Assembly: GCA_964471705.1 (NCBI GenBank) | Contig: CAYYHR010000002.1 | Coordinates: 1-62,530, forward strand | Source: an uncultured Chromatiaceae bacterium | GTDB taxonomy: Bacteria > Pseudomonadota > Gammaproteobacteria > Chromatiales > Chromatiaceae | Direction: 5' to 3' | Length of the DNA stretch: 62,530 nucleotides | In this document: positions 44,687 through 54,476 of the stretch, in pieces | Numbering within the stretch: position 1 is the first letter of the stretch | Layout of the letters: each line of letters begins with the position of its first letter | The notes under the pieces: generated by a model | Told to the model about the DNA's origin: nothing | Seen by the model: the letters and a program-made list of their open reading frames with translations, nothing else | Database searches by the model: none | Program-made: the position numbers and the translations under genes

Positions 44687-46120
44687 GTGAGCACTAGTCA
44701 GGTCGAGAAAGAGAGCGGTACGGTCGACGAGCTTTACGCGGAGGCGGAATACTGGCACGTCAACATCGGCGGCGAGACCATCCACGCCAAGCGCTTGCCC
44801 GGAAGGTGGCGCACCATCAAATGGGTGACCGCCTCGGTGTGGCTGATCTTCTTCCTGGGTCCCTATCTGCGCTGGGATGGGCGCCAGGCAGTCCTCTGGG
44901 ATATCCCGGCCCGGCAATTCCACATCTTCGGTGCCACGGTCTTGCCGCAGGACTTCTGGATGCTCTCTTTAGTCCTGCTGTTCTTCGCCATCCTGCTGGC
45001 AGTCGTGACCGCCTTGGTCGGTCGCGTCTGGTGCGGATTCTTCTGCTTTCAAACCGTATGGACGGACCTCTACACCTGGATCGAGGAAAAGCTCGAGGGT
45101 CAGCCTGCGGCGCGCCGCAAGCTCGATAAGGCCCCGTTCGGCACGCGAAAGGCGGTCATCAAGGGGGTCAAGCACCTCCTGTGGCTTTTGATCGGGTTCC
45201 TGACGGGTTTCAGCTTCGTGGCTTGGTTCACGGATGCCCCTACCCTGTGGAAGACCTTCTTCACCGGTGCGGCCTATCCCACCGTCTATGCCACTGTCGC
45301 TTTGTTTACGGCCGGAACCTACGGGCTCGCCGGGTACCTGCGCGAGCAGGCCTGCTTCTGGCTCTGCCCTTACGCGCGCATCCAGGCGGTAATGGTGGAC
45401 AGGACTACGGAGTTGCCCACCTATGATTTTCATCGGGGGGAGCCCCGGGGTCGGATCAAGAAGGGGCAGAAGGAAGGAGACCGCACCACTGGTGATTGCA
45501 TCGATTGCAAACAGTGCGTCGCCGTCTGCCCCACCGGTATCGATATTCGCCACGGCCAGCAGGAGGGCTGTATTACCTGCGCCCTCTGTCTGGACGCGTG
45601 CGACCAGGTCATGGACAAGGTCGGTCGGTCCAGGGGACTGATCCGTTACGCGTCCCTGGACGAGCTCGAAGGCAAGCCGCGCAAGCCCATGCTCAGGCGC
45701 GGACGGGTCTGGGTGTACTCGGCCATCCTGTTGCTGGCCATATCCGGTATCGTCTACGGCCTGTCGTCCCTGGACGCCATCGAGCTCAAGGTGCTGCACG
45801 AGCGGGCACCTCTGTTCGTTACCCTGAAGGATGGCTCGATCCAGAACAAGTACACATTGAAGGTCCTGAACAAGACGAATGAGAACCTCGAGGTCCAGGT
45901 CGGTGTCTCAGGTCCCGAGGGCTTGGAGTTGGTCGGAGGGGACAAGGAGATAGCCGCCGTAAAGGGTTTCGTTTCCCCCGACATCGTCTTTGTGCGCATA
46001 CCCCGCAAGGATCTGAAGGCCGGGCAGGTGCCGATCACGTTCCACCTGGAGACAGCCAGGCCATCTGGCGAGATTCTGCGCGCCCACCGGCAGAGCGTCT
46101 TCATCGGTCCCGGGGGTTGA
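44687..46120 (+). CDS. ccoG: Cytochrome c oxidase accessory protein CcoG (FixG)
   Basis: GRVWCG..C.QT, REQACFWLCPYARIQ, RGEPRG, CIDC.QCVAVCPTGIDIR, CITCALCLDAC; GTG start after GGAG. Confidence 0.96.
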   Translation: MSTSQVEKESGTVDELYAEAEYWHVNIGGETIHAKRLPGRWRTIKWVTASVWLIFFLGPYLRWDGRQAVLWDIPARQFHIFGATVLPQDFWMLSLVLLFFAILLAVVTALVGRVWCGFFCFQTVWTDLYTWIEEKLEGQPAARRKLDKAPFGTRKAVIKGVKHLLWLLIGFLTGFSFVAWFTDAPTLWKTFFTGAAYPTVYATVALFTAGTYGLAGYLREQACFWLCPYARIQAVMVDRTTELPTYDFHRGEPRGRIKKGQKEGDRTTGDCIDCKQCVAVCPTGIDIRHGQQEGCITCALCLDACDQVMDKVGRSRGLIRYASLDELEGKPRKPMLRRGRVWVYSAILLLAISGIVYGLSSLDAIELKVLHERAPLFVTLKDGSIQNKYTLKVLNKTNENLEVQVGVSGPEGLELVGGDKEIAAVKGFVSPDIVFVRIPRKDLKAGQVPITFHLETARPSGEILRAHRQSVFIGPGG

Positions 46121-46159
46121 TATCTTCCATCCATCTATCCAGTCTGAGTCGATTCGGTT

Positions 46160-46675
46160 ATGGAGCTAGCAACTGTAGACAAACCCCGGTTGATGCCGGC
46201 CTGGAAGAGTCCCTGGGTCATCTTCTGGATTGCCCTGGTGATCGCCGTCCTGGGGGTCAATGGTGTCATGGTCTATTTGGCCATTGCCACCAACCCGGGC
46301 TTGGTGGTCCAAGACTATTACGAGCGTGGGCAACACTACGAACGTACCCTCTTGTCGAAGAAGGCGCATGATCCGGGGTGGGTACTGCGCACCGATCTTC
46401 CGAAAGACATCCGTGCCGGGAAGCCCACGGACATTCGCCTCCAACTGGTCGATAACGCCGGGCGGCCGGTGACCCCGGATCGCGTACGGCTCTTCGTCTA
46501 CCGGCCTGCAGATGCAGCGCGGGATTTCAGCGTTCCCATGACGGAGGTGGGGCTCGGGCGCTATGCGGCAGAAGTGTCCTTTCCCCTCGTGGGGGTTTGG
46601 GACACCCTGGCGGCGGCCCGCAACGGAGAGGACGAATACCAGGTAGGGCAGAGAGTGGAGGTCGGGCGACCCTGA
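46160..46675 (+). CDS. ccoH: FixH/CcoH family protein
   Basis: WKSPW, TM, PGLVVQDYYERG, YRPAD...DF; position in ccoGHIS. Confidence 0.9.
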   Translation: MELATVDKPRLMPAWKSPWVIFWIALVIAVLGVNGVMVYLAIATNPGLVVQDYYERGQHYERTLLSKKAHDPGWVLRTDLPKDIRAGKPTDIRLQLVDNAGRPVTPDRVRLFVYRPADAARDFSVPMTEVGLGRYAAEVSFPLVGVWDTLAAARNGEDEYQVGQRVEVGRP

Positions 46676-46693
46676 TCCCCGGACGACCCTCGT

Positions 46694-49276
46694 GTGCGAT
46701 CCTCTGTGAGCTCCGGCAAGGCAGTCGCCGGCGAGCGCACCTCTCGTTCAACGGCGGAATCGGACGTCCGCTGTTTCCACTGCGGTTTGCCGGTATCGGC
46801 AGAGGACCGGGTCGAAGCCCGGATCGGTGCCGGAGACGGCAATCGCCTGCGTGCCTTCTGTTGTACCGGCTGCAAGTCCGTGTGCGAGGCCATCTACGCG
46901 GCCGGGCTGGAGGGCTTCTATCGGCGAACACCCGAAGGGGAGGTCTTGGGTCCCCCGCCGGAGCCTCCGCGGGAGCTCGCCGTCTACGACATCGACGAGG
47001 TCCAGGAAGGGTTCGTCGACAAGCTGGGCGAGACCCGCGAGATCAACCTTCTGGTCGAGGGTATCCACTGTGCGGCCTGCGTCTGGCTGATCGAGAACGG
47101 ACTTCAGGCCATGCCGGGTGTCGCGGAGGCGCGGGTCAACCTCACCGGCCGCCGGCTCAGGCTCAAATGGGACAACCGGCGCCTCGCGCTGTCCCAGGCA
47201 CTGAAGCACTTGGCGGACATCGGCTATGCGGCAGTGCCCTTCGATCCGGAGGCGGCCGAGGGCTCGCTGAGGCGGGAGAACCGTGCTCTGCTCTATCGCA
47301 TGGCCTTCGCCGGCTTTGCGATGATGAACCTGCTGTGGATCTCCATCGCCCTCTACTCAGGTGCCGACAAGGGCGAGTTTCGCGGCCTCTTCCACTGGAT
47401 CGGCTTTGCCATAGCAACGCCCACCCTGGTCTATTCCGGCTATCCTTTCTTTCGCGGCGCCTGGGTGGGCCTGCGCAGGGCCAATCTCACCATGGACCTG
47501 CCGATTGCCGTCGGCGCTTCCATCAGCTACCTCTACTCGCTCTACGTCACTATCGGCGGCAAGGGCGAGGTCTACTGGGATACGGTGGTCAACTTCTTGT
47601 TCGTCATCCTCGTCGGGCGCTTTCTGGAGGCGATCTCCAAACGCCAGGCAGTGGCCTCCACCCAGCGCTTGCTCGATCTGCAGCCAAAGGTGGCGACTGT
47701 GATTCGGGACGGCGAAGAGTCGCTGGTGCCCATACGTGCCGTCAAGGAAGGGGATGTGGCGCTGGTACGGCCCGGGGAGAAGATCCCGGTGGACGGCAGC
47801 GTGCTGGACGGCGAGAGCAGTGTCGACGAGTCCATGCTCAGCGGTGAATCCGAGCCGTCGGTGAAACGCAAGGGCAGCCGGGTCGCCGCCGGGACCCTGA
47901 ACGGCCCCGGTGTCCTGCAGGTCCGGATCGAAGGGATGCTCGAGAAGACTGCGTTGGGCCGTATCATCCGGCTGGTCGAGGATGCCCAGGCCAGCAAGGC
48001 CCCGATCCAGCACCTCGCCGACCGGGTCGTCCCATGGTTCGTGGGGGCCACCTTAGGACTGGCGACCCTGACCTTCCTCTGGTGGGCGCGTACGGATGTC
48101 GAGGTGGCGCTCATGGCTGCCACGGCCGTGCTGATCATCACCTGTCCCTGCGCCTTCGGCCTCGCGACCCCAATGGCGATCGCTGTCGCCTCCGGCCTGG
48201 GTGCCCGCCACGGCATCCTGATCAAGAACGGTGCTGTCCTGGAGTGCCTGTCTTCCATCGACCACTTCGTCTTCGACAAGACCGGGACCCTGACGGAGGG
48301 GCGGCCCATCGTGACCTCGGTGCTCGGGGAAGGGCTCACCTGGGCTCCCGGTGCGGAGGTGCGTCCGCTGCTCCCTGAAAGTAGAGGGGGCGGGGCGTCG
48401 GAGCTGGTCGATCATCTGGCGTGCCTCGCGGCCTTAGAGCGCTTCTCCGAGCACCCGGTCGCAAGCGCCGTGCTCGACCTCTGCAAAGCAGCAGGGATCG
48501 GCTTCGAGGGCCGAGAGGTCACCGGGGTGCAGGTCCGACCCGGATTGGGCATCAAGGGCTTGGTGGATGGCACACCCATAGTTGCCGGCACCACCGACTG
48601 GTTGCGCGAAAACCAGGTCGAGCCCGATCCGAGCTTACAGAACGCTCTAATGGAGGTCCACGGGGAGGGCGGCAGCAGCCTTCACGTCGGTGTGTGCGGT
48701 AGGGAGGTCCTGGTGCTTCTGGTCGCGGACCGGCTGCGCTACGGTGCAGAGAAGGTGGTGGCCGGGCTGAAGGCACAGGGCATTCGGGTCACCCTCCTGA
48801 CCGGAGACCGACGGTCGACTGCCGAGGGCATTGCGTGGCAGCTCGGTGGGATGGAGGTCATTTCCGAGGTCCTGCCTGAGGATAAGGACCGAGTGATTGC
48901 GGATCTGCAGCGGCGGGGCGATCAGGTCGCCATGGTGGGCGACGGCGTGAACGATGCGCCGGCCCTGGTGCGCGCCGACGTGGGCATCGCCATGGGCAGC
49001 GGTACGGACGTCTCCATCGAGAGCGCCGACATCGTCCTCATGAGCTCCGAGCTTGCCAAAGTAGAGCAGGCGGTTTCCCTGTCGCGGCGGGCCCTGCGAG
49101 CTATCCGCCAGAATATAGGCATTTCCGTCACCTATAATCTGATCATGGTGCCGCTTGCTATGGCCGCCATGATCACCCCGCTGATTGCAGCCATATCCAT
49201 GCCCCTGAGCTCTCTGGCCGTTATCGGCAATTCCGCCCGCATCCGCACCCTTTTCCGCAAAGCCGAGAGAAGCTGA
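46694..49276 (+). CDS. ccoI: Copper-translocating P1B-type ATPase CcoI (FixI)
   Basis: [58 protein letters not shown]. Confidence 0.96.
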   Translation: MRSSVSSGKAVAGERTSRSTAESDVRCFHCGLPVSAEDRVEARIGAGDGNRLRAFCCTGCKSVCEAIYAAGLEGFYRRTPEGEVLGPPPEPPRELAVYDIDEVQEGFVDKLGETREINLLVEGIHCAACVWLIENGLQAMPGVAEARVNLTGRRLRLKWDNRRLALSQALKHLADIGYAAVPFDPEAAEGSLRRENRALLYRMAFAGFAMMNLLWISIALYSGADKGEFRGLFHWIGFAIATPTLVYSGYPFFRGAWVGLRRANLTMDLPIAVGASISYLYSLYVTIGGKGEVYWDTVVNFLFVILVGRFLEAISKRQAVASTQRLLDLQPKVATVIRDGEESLVPIRAVKEGDVALVRPGEKIPVDGSVLDGESSVDESMLSGESEPSVKRKGSRVAAGTLNGPGVLQVRIEGMLEKTALGRIIRLVEDAQASKAPIQHLADRVVPWFVGATLGLATLTFLWWARTDVEVALMAATAVLIITCPCAFGLATPMAIAVASGLGARHGILIKNGAVLECLSSIDHFVFDKTGTLTEGRPIVTSVLGEGLTWAPGAEVRPLLPESRGGGASELVDHLACLAALERFSEHPVASAVLDLCKAAGIGFEGREVTGVQVRPGLGIKGLVDGTPIVAGTTDWLRENQVEPDPSLQNALMEVHGEGGSSLHVGVCGREVLVLLVADRLRYGAEKVVAGLKAQGIRVTLLTGDRRSTAEGIAWQLGGMEVISEVLPEDKDRVIADLQRRGDQVAMVGDGVNDAPALVRADVGIAMGSGTDVSIESADIVLMSSELAKVEQAVSLSRRALRAIRQNIGISVTYNLIMVPLAMAAMITPLIAAISMPLSSLAVIGNSARIRTLFRKAERS

Positions 49277-49291
49277 AAGCCACTGCCCGCC

Positions 49292-49501
49292 ATGGAAGTC
49301 ATCTACGGTTTGATCCCCGGTATGCTCCTTCTCGGACTCGTCGCCGTCGGCGTGCTCTTCTGGGCGGCCCGTAGCGGGCAGTTCGACGACCTGGAGGGGG
49401 ATGCCCATCGTATCCTCATGGACGAGGACGACAAGCCAGATCCGCGTCGCTTCCCGGATGCCGACGAGGAAAGGTCCGAGCGCGACGACAGCTCGGGCTA
49501 G
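49292..49501 (+). CDS. ccoS: cbb3 oxidase assembly protein CcoS
   Basis: TM then FWA.RSGQFDDLEG.A.RIL.DED. Confidence 0.96.
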   Translation: MEVIYGLIPGMLLLGLVAVGVLFWAARSGQFDDLEGDAHRILMDEDDKPDPRRFPDADEERSERDDSSG

Positions 49502-50016
49502 GGCCGGATCTCGATGGGCGTCCCGTCGTTCACGGCGTTCCAGACCTCCTCCATGGCTGTATTGCGAACCGCGATACAGCCATGGGTTCGGTACAGGTAG
49601 GGCGCGATCCAGCTCATCCAGCCCCAGCCGTTCGGCTGACCATGGATCATGATGAGTCCGCCGGGATCTTCACCGCGCTCCGCTGCGCGGCGCTCGTCCC
49701 CCGCGTTGGGGTAGGAGATGTGCAGTGATTTGTAGCAACAGCTGTTCGGGTTGCGCCAGTCGATGAGGTAGTGCCCCTCCGGCGTGCGCAGGTCTCCCTC
49801 CCGCTGCTTGTGACCCACCGGCTCGGGGCCGAGGGAAACGGGATAGGACCGGTAGGCTCGGCCATTATGCATCAGGGACAGGCGCCGCTCGGCCTTCTCC
49901 ACGAGCACCGCGTCGGCCTTCGGCAGCTGCTCTGCCAGGAGCGGTGGTATGGCCTTTTCGTAGTGGGCCAGGGCCGCAATCAGGGCGCCGCCTCCGAGCA
50001 GTGAGGCCCCGATCAC
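49498..50016 (-). CDS. L,D-transpeptidase (YkuD) family protein
   Basis: VLVEKAERRL, P.GHKQREGD.RTPEG.Y, LHISYPN, GGLIMIHG, T.GCIAV catalytic His/Cys. Confidence 0.92.
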   Translation of the reverse strand: MIGASLLGGGALIAALAHYEKAIPPLLAEQLPKADAVLVEKAERRLSLMHNGRAYRSYPVSLGPEPVGHKQREGDLRTPEGHYLIDWRNPNSCCYKSLHISYPNAGDERRAAERGEDPGGLIMIHGQPNGWGWMSWIAPYLYRTHGCIAVRNTAMEEVWNAVNDGTPIEIRP

Positions 50017-50041
50017 AAGGGGTGCTTTGCGGGTACGCCGA

Positions 50042-50072
50042 GATCTCCCGCCGCGGGCCTCGGCGGGAGATC
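50042..50072. terminator. Strong hairpin between gpmI and the L,D-transpeptidase gene
   Basis: GATCTCCCGCCG-7nt-CGGCGGGAGATC perfect 12-bp stem; no clear U-tract on the minus strand. Confidence 0.45.
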
Positions 50073-50098
50073 GGCGCTTTCGATTCCGGGTCGCCGTC

Positions 50099-51748
50099 TT
50101 ATCCGACTTCCACCAGACTCGGGGTGTAATCCTCCGGGGGCTGAAAGCCGAGGAGGGTCATGCAGGTGGCCGCCAGGTTGGCGATTCCGGGGGAGTCCAC
50201 ATCGGCCAGGCGTGCGTGGGACAGATTGCTCGGGTCGTAGATGATCGCCGGTACCGGGTTCAGCGAGTGCGCAGTCTTGGGCAGGAATTTGCCTTCGTCG
50301 TCGAGCTTCAGCTTCCCGGTCTTCTTGTCCACCTCGCACATGTCGTCCGAGTTGCCGTGGTCGGCAGAAAAGACCGCGATGCCCTTGGTCCGCTTCACCG
50401 CTTCCATGATCCGTCCGACGCCTTCGTCGACGGCCTCGATCGCCAGCTTTACGGCATCTGGCACGCCCGTGTGGCCGACCATGTCTCCATTGGGATAGTT
50501 CAGACGGATGAACTTGAACTCGCCGCTCTCGATGGCCTGGACCACGTCGTCGGTGATCTCGTCCGCCTTCATGCGCGGTGCGTGCTCGAAAGGACAGATG
50601 TCAGAGGGGATCTCCTTCCAGGTCTCGGTAGCGAACTTGCCGGAGTTGTTGCCGTTGAAGAAATAGGTGACGTGTCCGAACTTCTGCGTCTCGGAAATGG
50701 CGAGCTGCTTGACGCCCGCGCTGGAGAGATACTCGCTCATGGTGCGATCGATCGCGGGCGGCGAGACCAGGTATTTTTCCGGAGCCTGCAGGTCACCGTC
50801 GTACTGCATCATCCCCGCGTAGACGACGCTCGGCTTGGGTCCACGGTCGAACTCGGTGAGCTCCTCGGCCTCGAATGCCTTGGTGATCTCCAGGGCACGG
50901 TCGCCGCGGAAGTTGAAGAAGACGACGCTGTCGCCGTCGACGATCGGCCCGACCGGAGCGCGGTCGCGCTCGATGACGAAGGGCGGCAGGTCTTGGTCGA
51001 GGATCCCGGGCTTTTCCTCGCGGTACGTCTCTACGGCTTCCCGCATGCTGGCAAAGTGTCGGCCCTCGCCCTTGACATGGGTTTCCCAACCGCGCCGGAC
51101 CATGCTCCAGTCGGCGTTGTACCTGTCCATGGTGATGTTCATGCGCCCGCCGCCGGAGGCTACACAGTAATCCACGGAGCCGTCCGCGTTGATGTCCCGC
51201 AGGAAGCTCTCGAAGCGGTCGACATACTCCAAAGCGGAGGTGGGTGGCACGTCGCGCCCGTCGATCAGGGGATGGATACGGGCCTTCTTTACGCCCTCCG
51301 ACTTGGCACGCTTCAACATTGCTTCCAGGTGGTTGAGGTTGGAATGTACGTTACCATCGGAGAACAGCCCGATAAAGTGTAGCGTCGAGTCGTTGGCCTT
51401 CACGTTCTCCACCAACTCCTTCCAGGTCGCGCCATCGAATAGGGAGCCGGAGGCGATCGCCTGCTCCACCAGGGATGCACCCTGGGAGAAAACACGCCCG
51501 CAGCCGATGGCGTTGTGTCCGACCTCCGAGTTTCCCATGTCGGAGTCGTCGGGCAGGCCGACCGCGGTGCCATGGGCACTGACCTGGGTATAGATCGCAT
51601 GCTCACGCAGCCAATCCAGATTGGGGGTGTTCGCAATCCGAACATAGTCGCTCTCGGGATGCTTGCCGATTCCCACGCCGTCCATGATCACCAGCACGAC
51701 GGGTCCTTCGGGACCGCCAAAGGCCGCGTTTTTTTCGAGCTCGTCCAT
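50099..51748 (-). CDS. gpmI: 2,3-bisphosphoglycerate-independent phosphoglycerate mutase
   Basis: IMDGVG, MGNSEVGHN, SDGNVHS, DGRD, MDRY, NFRGDRA, ETQKFGHVTYF.NG, N.DMVGHTG, ADHGN. Confidence 0.97.
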   Translation of the reverse strand: MDELEKNAAFGGPEGPVVLVIMDGVGIGKHPESDYVRIANTPNLDWLREHAIYTQVSAHGTAVGLPDDSDMGNSEVGHNAIGCGRVFSQGASLVEQAIASGSLFDGATWKELVENVKANDSTLHFIGLFSDGNVHSNLNHLEAMLKRAKSEGVKKARIHPLIDGRDVPPTSALEYVDRFESFLRDINADGSVDYCVASGGGRMNITMDRYNADWSMVRRGWETHVKGEGRHFASMREAVETYREEKPGILDQDLPPFVIERDRAPVGPIVDGDSVVFFNFRGDRALEITKAFEAEELTEFDRGPKPSVVYAGMMQYDGDLQAPEKYLVSPPAIDRTMSEYLSSAGVKQLAISETQKFGHVTYFFNGNNSGKFATETWKEIPSDICPFEHAPRMKADEITDDVVQAIESGEFKFIRLNYPNGDMVGHTGVPDAVKLAIEAVDEGVGRIMEAVKRTKGIAVFSADHGNSDDMCEVDKKTGKLKLDDEGKFLPKTAHSLNPVPAIIYDPSNLSHARLADVDSPGIANLAATCMTLLGFQPPEDYTPSLVEVG

Positions 51749-51909
51749 AGGGATCTCCTCGGATGGAAGTCTTGGAAGTGACCGGGTAAGGGGAGTTACA
51801 GATTGCCGAGAGTATAAACCAGCGCTTTTGCAAACTCCCAGCCGAAATGGCTCAGGGCACAGGCCGGACGCTTTCTTGCGGCTGCTTTTGATGTTCTAAT
51901 CTGCGCGCC

Positions 51910-53157
51910 ATGTATCACCCCTTGCCCCTGTATATCGGTCTGCGTTACACCCGCGCCAAGAGGCGGAATCACTTCATCTCCTTCATCTCGCTGATCTCCA
52001 TGCTCGGCATCATGCTCGGCATCGTCGCCTTGATCGTGGTGCTTTCGGTGATGAACGGCTTTCAGACCGAGATCCAGGCACGGATCCTCGGAATGGCATC
52101 CGACGCCACCCTGTCCGGGCCCTACGGGGACCTGTCGAACTGGCGCGAGCTCCTGGAGCGGGTGCGCAAGAACAAGGCGGTCATGGGTGCCGCCCCTTAT
52201 GTCGAGCTTCAGGCGATGCTGGTGAACGGCTCGAGCGTGAGCGGTGCGCAGCTACGCGGAATCCTGCCCAAGGAAGAGGATCAGGTGGCCGAGCTGCGTC
52301 AGGAGATGATCCGAGGCAATCTCGACGACCTGGTTGCCGGCGGATACGAGATCGTCCTCGGTCAGGAGCTGGCGGCCTACCTGGGTGTTGGCGTCGGGGA
52401 CATGGTCACGGTGGTCACGCCCCAGGTCAGTGCCACCCCCATCGGCATCATGCCGCGTCTCAAGGCATTTACCGTCACCGGCATCTTTGCCGCCGGCATG
52501 TCGGATTACGACCGGTACACGGGCTTCGTGAGCTTGGCGGATGCCGCCAAGCTGATGCGCCTGGGGGATGATGTGACCGGGCTGCGACTCAAGCTGACGG
52601 ACGTGTACGATGCGCCCAAGCTGTCCGTCGACATCGCCCGCGAGCTCGGCGGGGCCTACCGTGTCGTCGATTGGACCCAGCAGCACCAGAACTTCTTTGC
52701 CGCCCTGCGCAACGAGAAGCGTATGATGAGCATCATCCTCTTTTTGATCGTAGCCGTGGCGGCCTTCAACATCGTCTCCACCCTGGTGATGGTGGTGACC
52801 GACAAGAGGCCCGATATCGCCATCCTGCGCACCCTGGGTGCCTCGCCGGCCCGCATCATGGGGATCTTCATGGTCCAGGGCACCACCATCGGTGCCGTCG
52901 GCACCCTGTTGGGCATCGTCGCGGGGATCGCCCTGGCGCTCAACGTGGAGCCCATCGTGGCCTGGATCGAAGGTCTGTTCGGCATCCATTTCCTCGACCC
53001 GAACATCTATTACATCAGCAAGCTGCCATCGGACGTGCACGCGTCGGATGTCGTGCGGGTTGCCGCCGGCGCCTTTTTCACGTCCATGCTGGCGACCCTA
53101 TATCCGGCCTGGCGGGCGGCTCGCACCGATCCGGCGGAGGCGCTCCGCTATGAGTGA
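51910..53157 (+). CDS. lolC: Lipoprotein-releasing ABC transporter permease (LolC/E, single copy)
   Basis: [69 protein letters not shown]. Confidence 0.93.
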   Translation: MYHPLPLYIGLRYTRAKRRNHFISFISLISMLGIMLGIVALIVVLSVMNGFQTEIQARILGMASDATLSGPYGDLSNWRELLERVRKNKAVMGAAPYVELQAMLVNGSSVSGAQLRGILPKEEDQVAELRQEMIRGNLDDLVAGGYEIVLGQELAAYLGVGVGDMVTVVTPQVSATPIGIMPRLKAFTVTGIFAAGMSDYDRYTGFVSLADAAKLMRLGDDVTGLRLKLTDVYDAPKLSVDIARELGGAYRVVDWTQQHQNFFAALRNEKRMMSIILFLIVAVAAFNIVSTLVMVVTDKRPDIAILRTLGASPARIMGIFMVQGTTIGAVGTLLGIVAGIALALNVEPIVAWIEGLFGIHFLDPNIYYISKLPSDVHASDVVRVAAGAFFTSMLATLYPAWRAARTDPAEALRYE

Positions 53158-53848
53158 GGGAGCTTGGGCCCTTCAAGCCTCGGGCTTGGCGAAGACCTTC
53201 CGCCAGGGCCCACAGGAGGTAGAGGTCCTGCGTGGGGTGGATCTGTGCGTCGGCGCCGGTGAGCGGGTAGCGGTGGTCGGGGCCTCCGGGTCGGGCAAGA
53301 GCACCCTGCTGCACTGCCTCGGTGGCCTGGAGCGCCCGTCTGCCGGGAGCCTTTTCTGGGAGGGGCGCGATGTCGCCTCCTTCTCCGAGCGGGAGCGGGG
53401 CCGGCGGCGCAACCGCAGCCTGGGCTTCGTCTACCAGTTCCATCACCTGCTGCCGGAGTTCAGCGCCTTGGAGAACGTGGCCATGCCCCTGCTCATCGGA
53501 GGCATGGCGCCCGGTGCGGCAAAGGAACGGGCCGCCGAGATCCTGGAGCGGGCCGGTCTCGGCAATCGGGTAGAGCACAAGCCCTCGGAGCTGTCGGGGG
53601 GGGAGCGGCAGCGTGCCGCCATCGCTCGGGCACTGGTGACCAAACCGGCCTGCGTGCTCGCGGACGAGCCCACAGGCAACCTGGATCGGCACACGGCCGA
53701 ACGGGTTTACGGCCTGATGTTGGAACTCAATGCCGAGATCGGGACCAGCTTCGTGATCGTCACCCATGACCCGGCGTTGGCGCAACGCATGGATCAGGTC
53801 TGGCGTTTGGACGACGGGGTTCTGACCGCGGATGCTGCGATGCGGTAG
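53150..53848 (+). CDS. lolD: Lipoprotein-releasing ABC transporter ATPase LolD
   Basis: [23 protein letters not shown] (LolD motif), [17 protein letters not shown]. Confidence 0.96.
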   Translation: MSEGAWALQASGLAKTFRQGPQEVEVLRGVDLCVGAGERVAVVGASGSGKSTLLHCLGGLERPSAGSLFWEGRDVASFSERERGRRRNRSLGFVYQFHHLLPEFSALENVAMPLLIGGMAPGAAKERAAEILERAGLGNRVEHKPSELSGGERQRAAIARALVTKPACVLADEPTGNLDRHTAERVYGLMLELNAEIGTSFVIVTHDPALAQRMDQVWRLDDGVLTADAAMR

Positions 53849-54345
53849 CGCTCCCGGCGCAGGCGGATCTGGCGCATCAGGCTCCAGCGCCAGACCAGTT
53901 GTACCCCGACGTAGCCCAGTGCAGAGAAGACGGCGCCGCAGACCAGGCTGCCGACCGTCATGGGTGCGAGGAGGTCCAGCCAGTGGTGCCACTCGAGGAA
54001 GTATTCGATATTCGGGGCATGGTCCGGCACACTCAGTATCCAGGACCCGACCCGGTATGCCAGATAATACATGGGGGCGAAGGTGAGGGGATTGCTGAGC
54101 CAGACCAGGGCGACGGAGATGGGAAGGTTGACGCGGAACAGGATGGCCGCGGCGGCGGCGATGAACATCTGCCCCAACGGCGGCAGATACATGACGAACA
54201 GGCCAACTGCAAAGGCGCCCGCGGTCGAGCGTCGGTTGAGATGCCACAGACTGGGGTCATGCAGCAGCTTTCCGAAGTGGCGTAGATGCTTATGCTCCCG
54301 GATCTTTTCCCGATCCGGCACGTATCGTTCCAGCCATCGCTTCAC
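53794..54345 (-). CDS. DUF2062 family membrane protein
   Basis: [24 protein letters not shown]...ALVW.SNPLT; typical position between lolD and comEC. Overlaps the lolD 3' end. Confidence 0.9.
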   Translation of the reverse strand: MKRWLERYVPDREKIREHKHLRHFGKLLHDPSLWHLNRRSTAGAFAVGLFVMYLPPLGQMFIAAAAAILFRVNLPISVALVWLSNPLTFAPMYYLAYRVGSWILSVPDHAPNIEYFLEWHHWLDLLAPMTVGSLVCGAVFSALGYVGVQLVWRWSLMRQIRLRRERYRIAASAVRTPSSKRQT

Positions 54346-54476
54346 AGGGTTACCCTGAGGTTCGTCATAACCGCCTGCCGGTCGCCGTGTCCCGGCGCAA
54401 GCTTATTCCGACCTCGAAGGATACGCCAGGTATGTGACAGAGGTCCGAGCTCGGGAGGGATACGAGGGGATCTGTT

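Noticed and set aside
53794-53848. 55-bp convergent overlap of lolD and DUF2062
   Set aside because: Tail-to-tail overlap of variable C-termini in a conserved gene arrangement; no sign of a special mechanism.
54416-54470. CRP-like TGTGA-N6-TCCGA and repeated GGATACG (CsrA-like) upstream of comEC
   Set aside because: The second half-site is poor and GGA motifs are common in this sequence; insufficient without conservation data.
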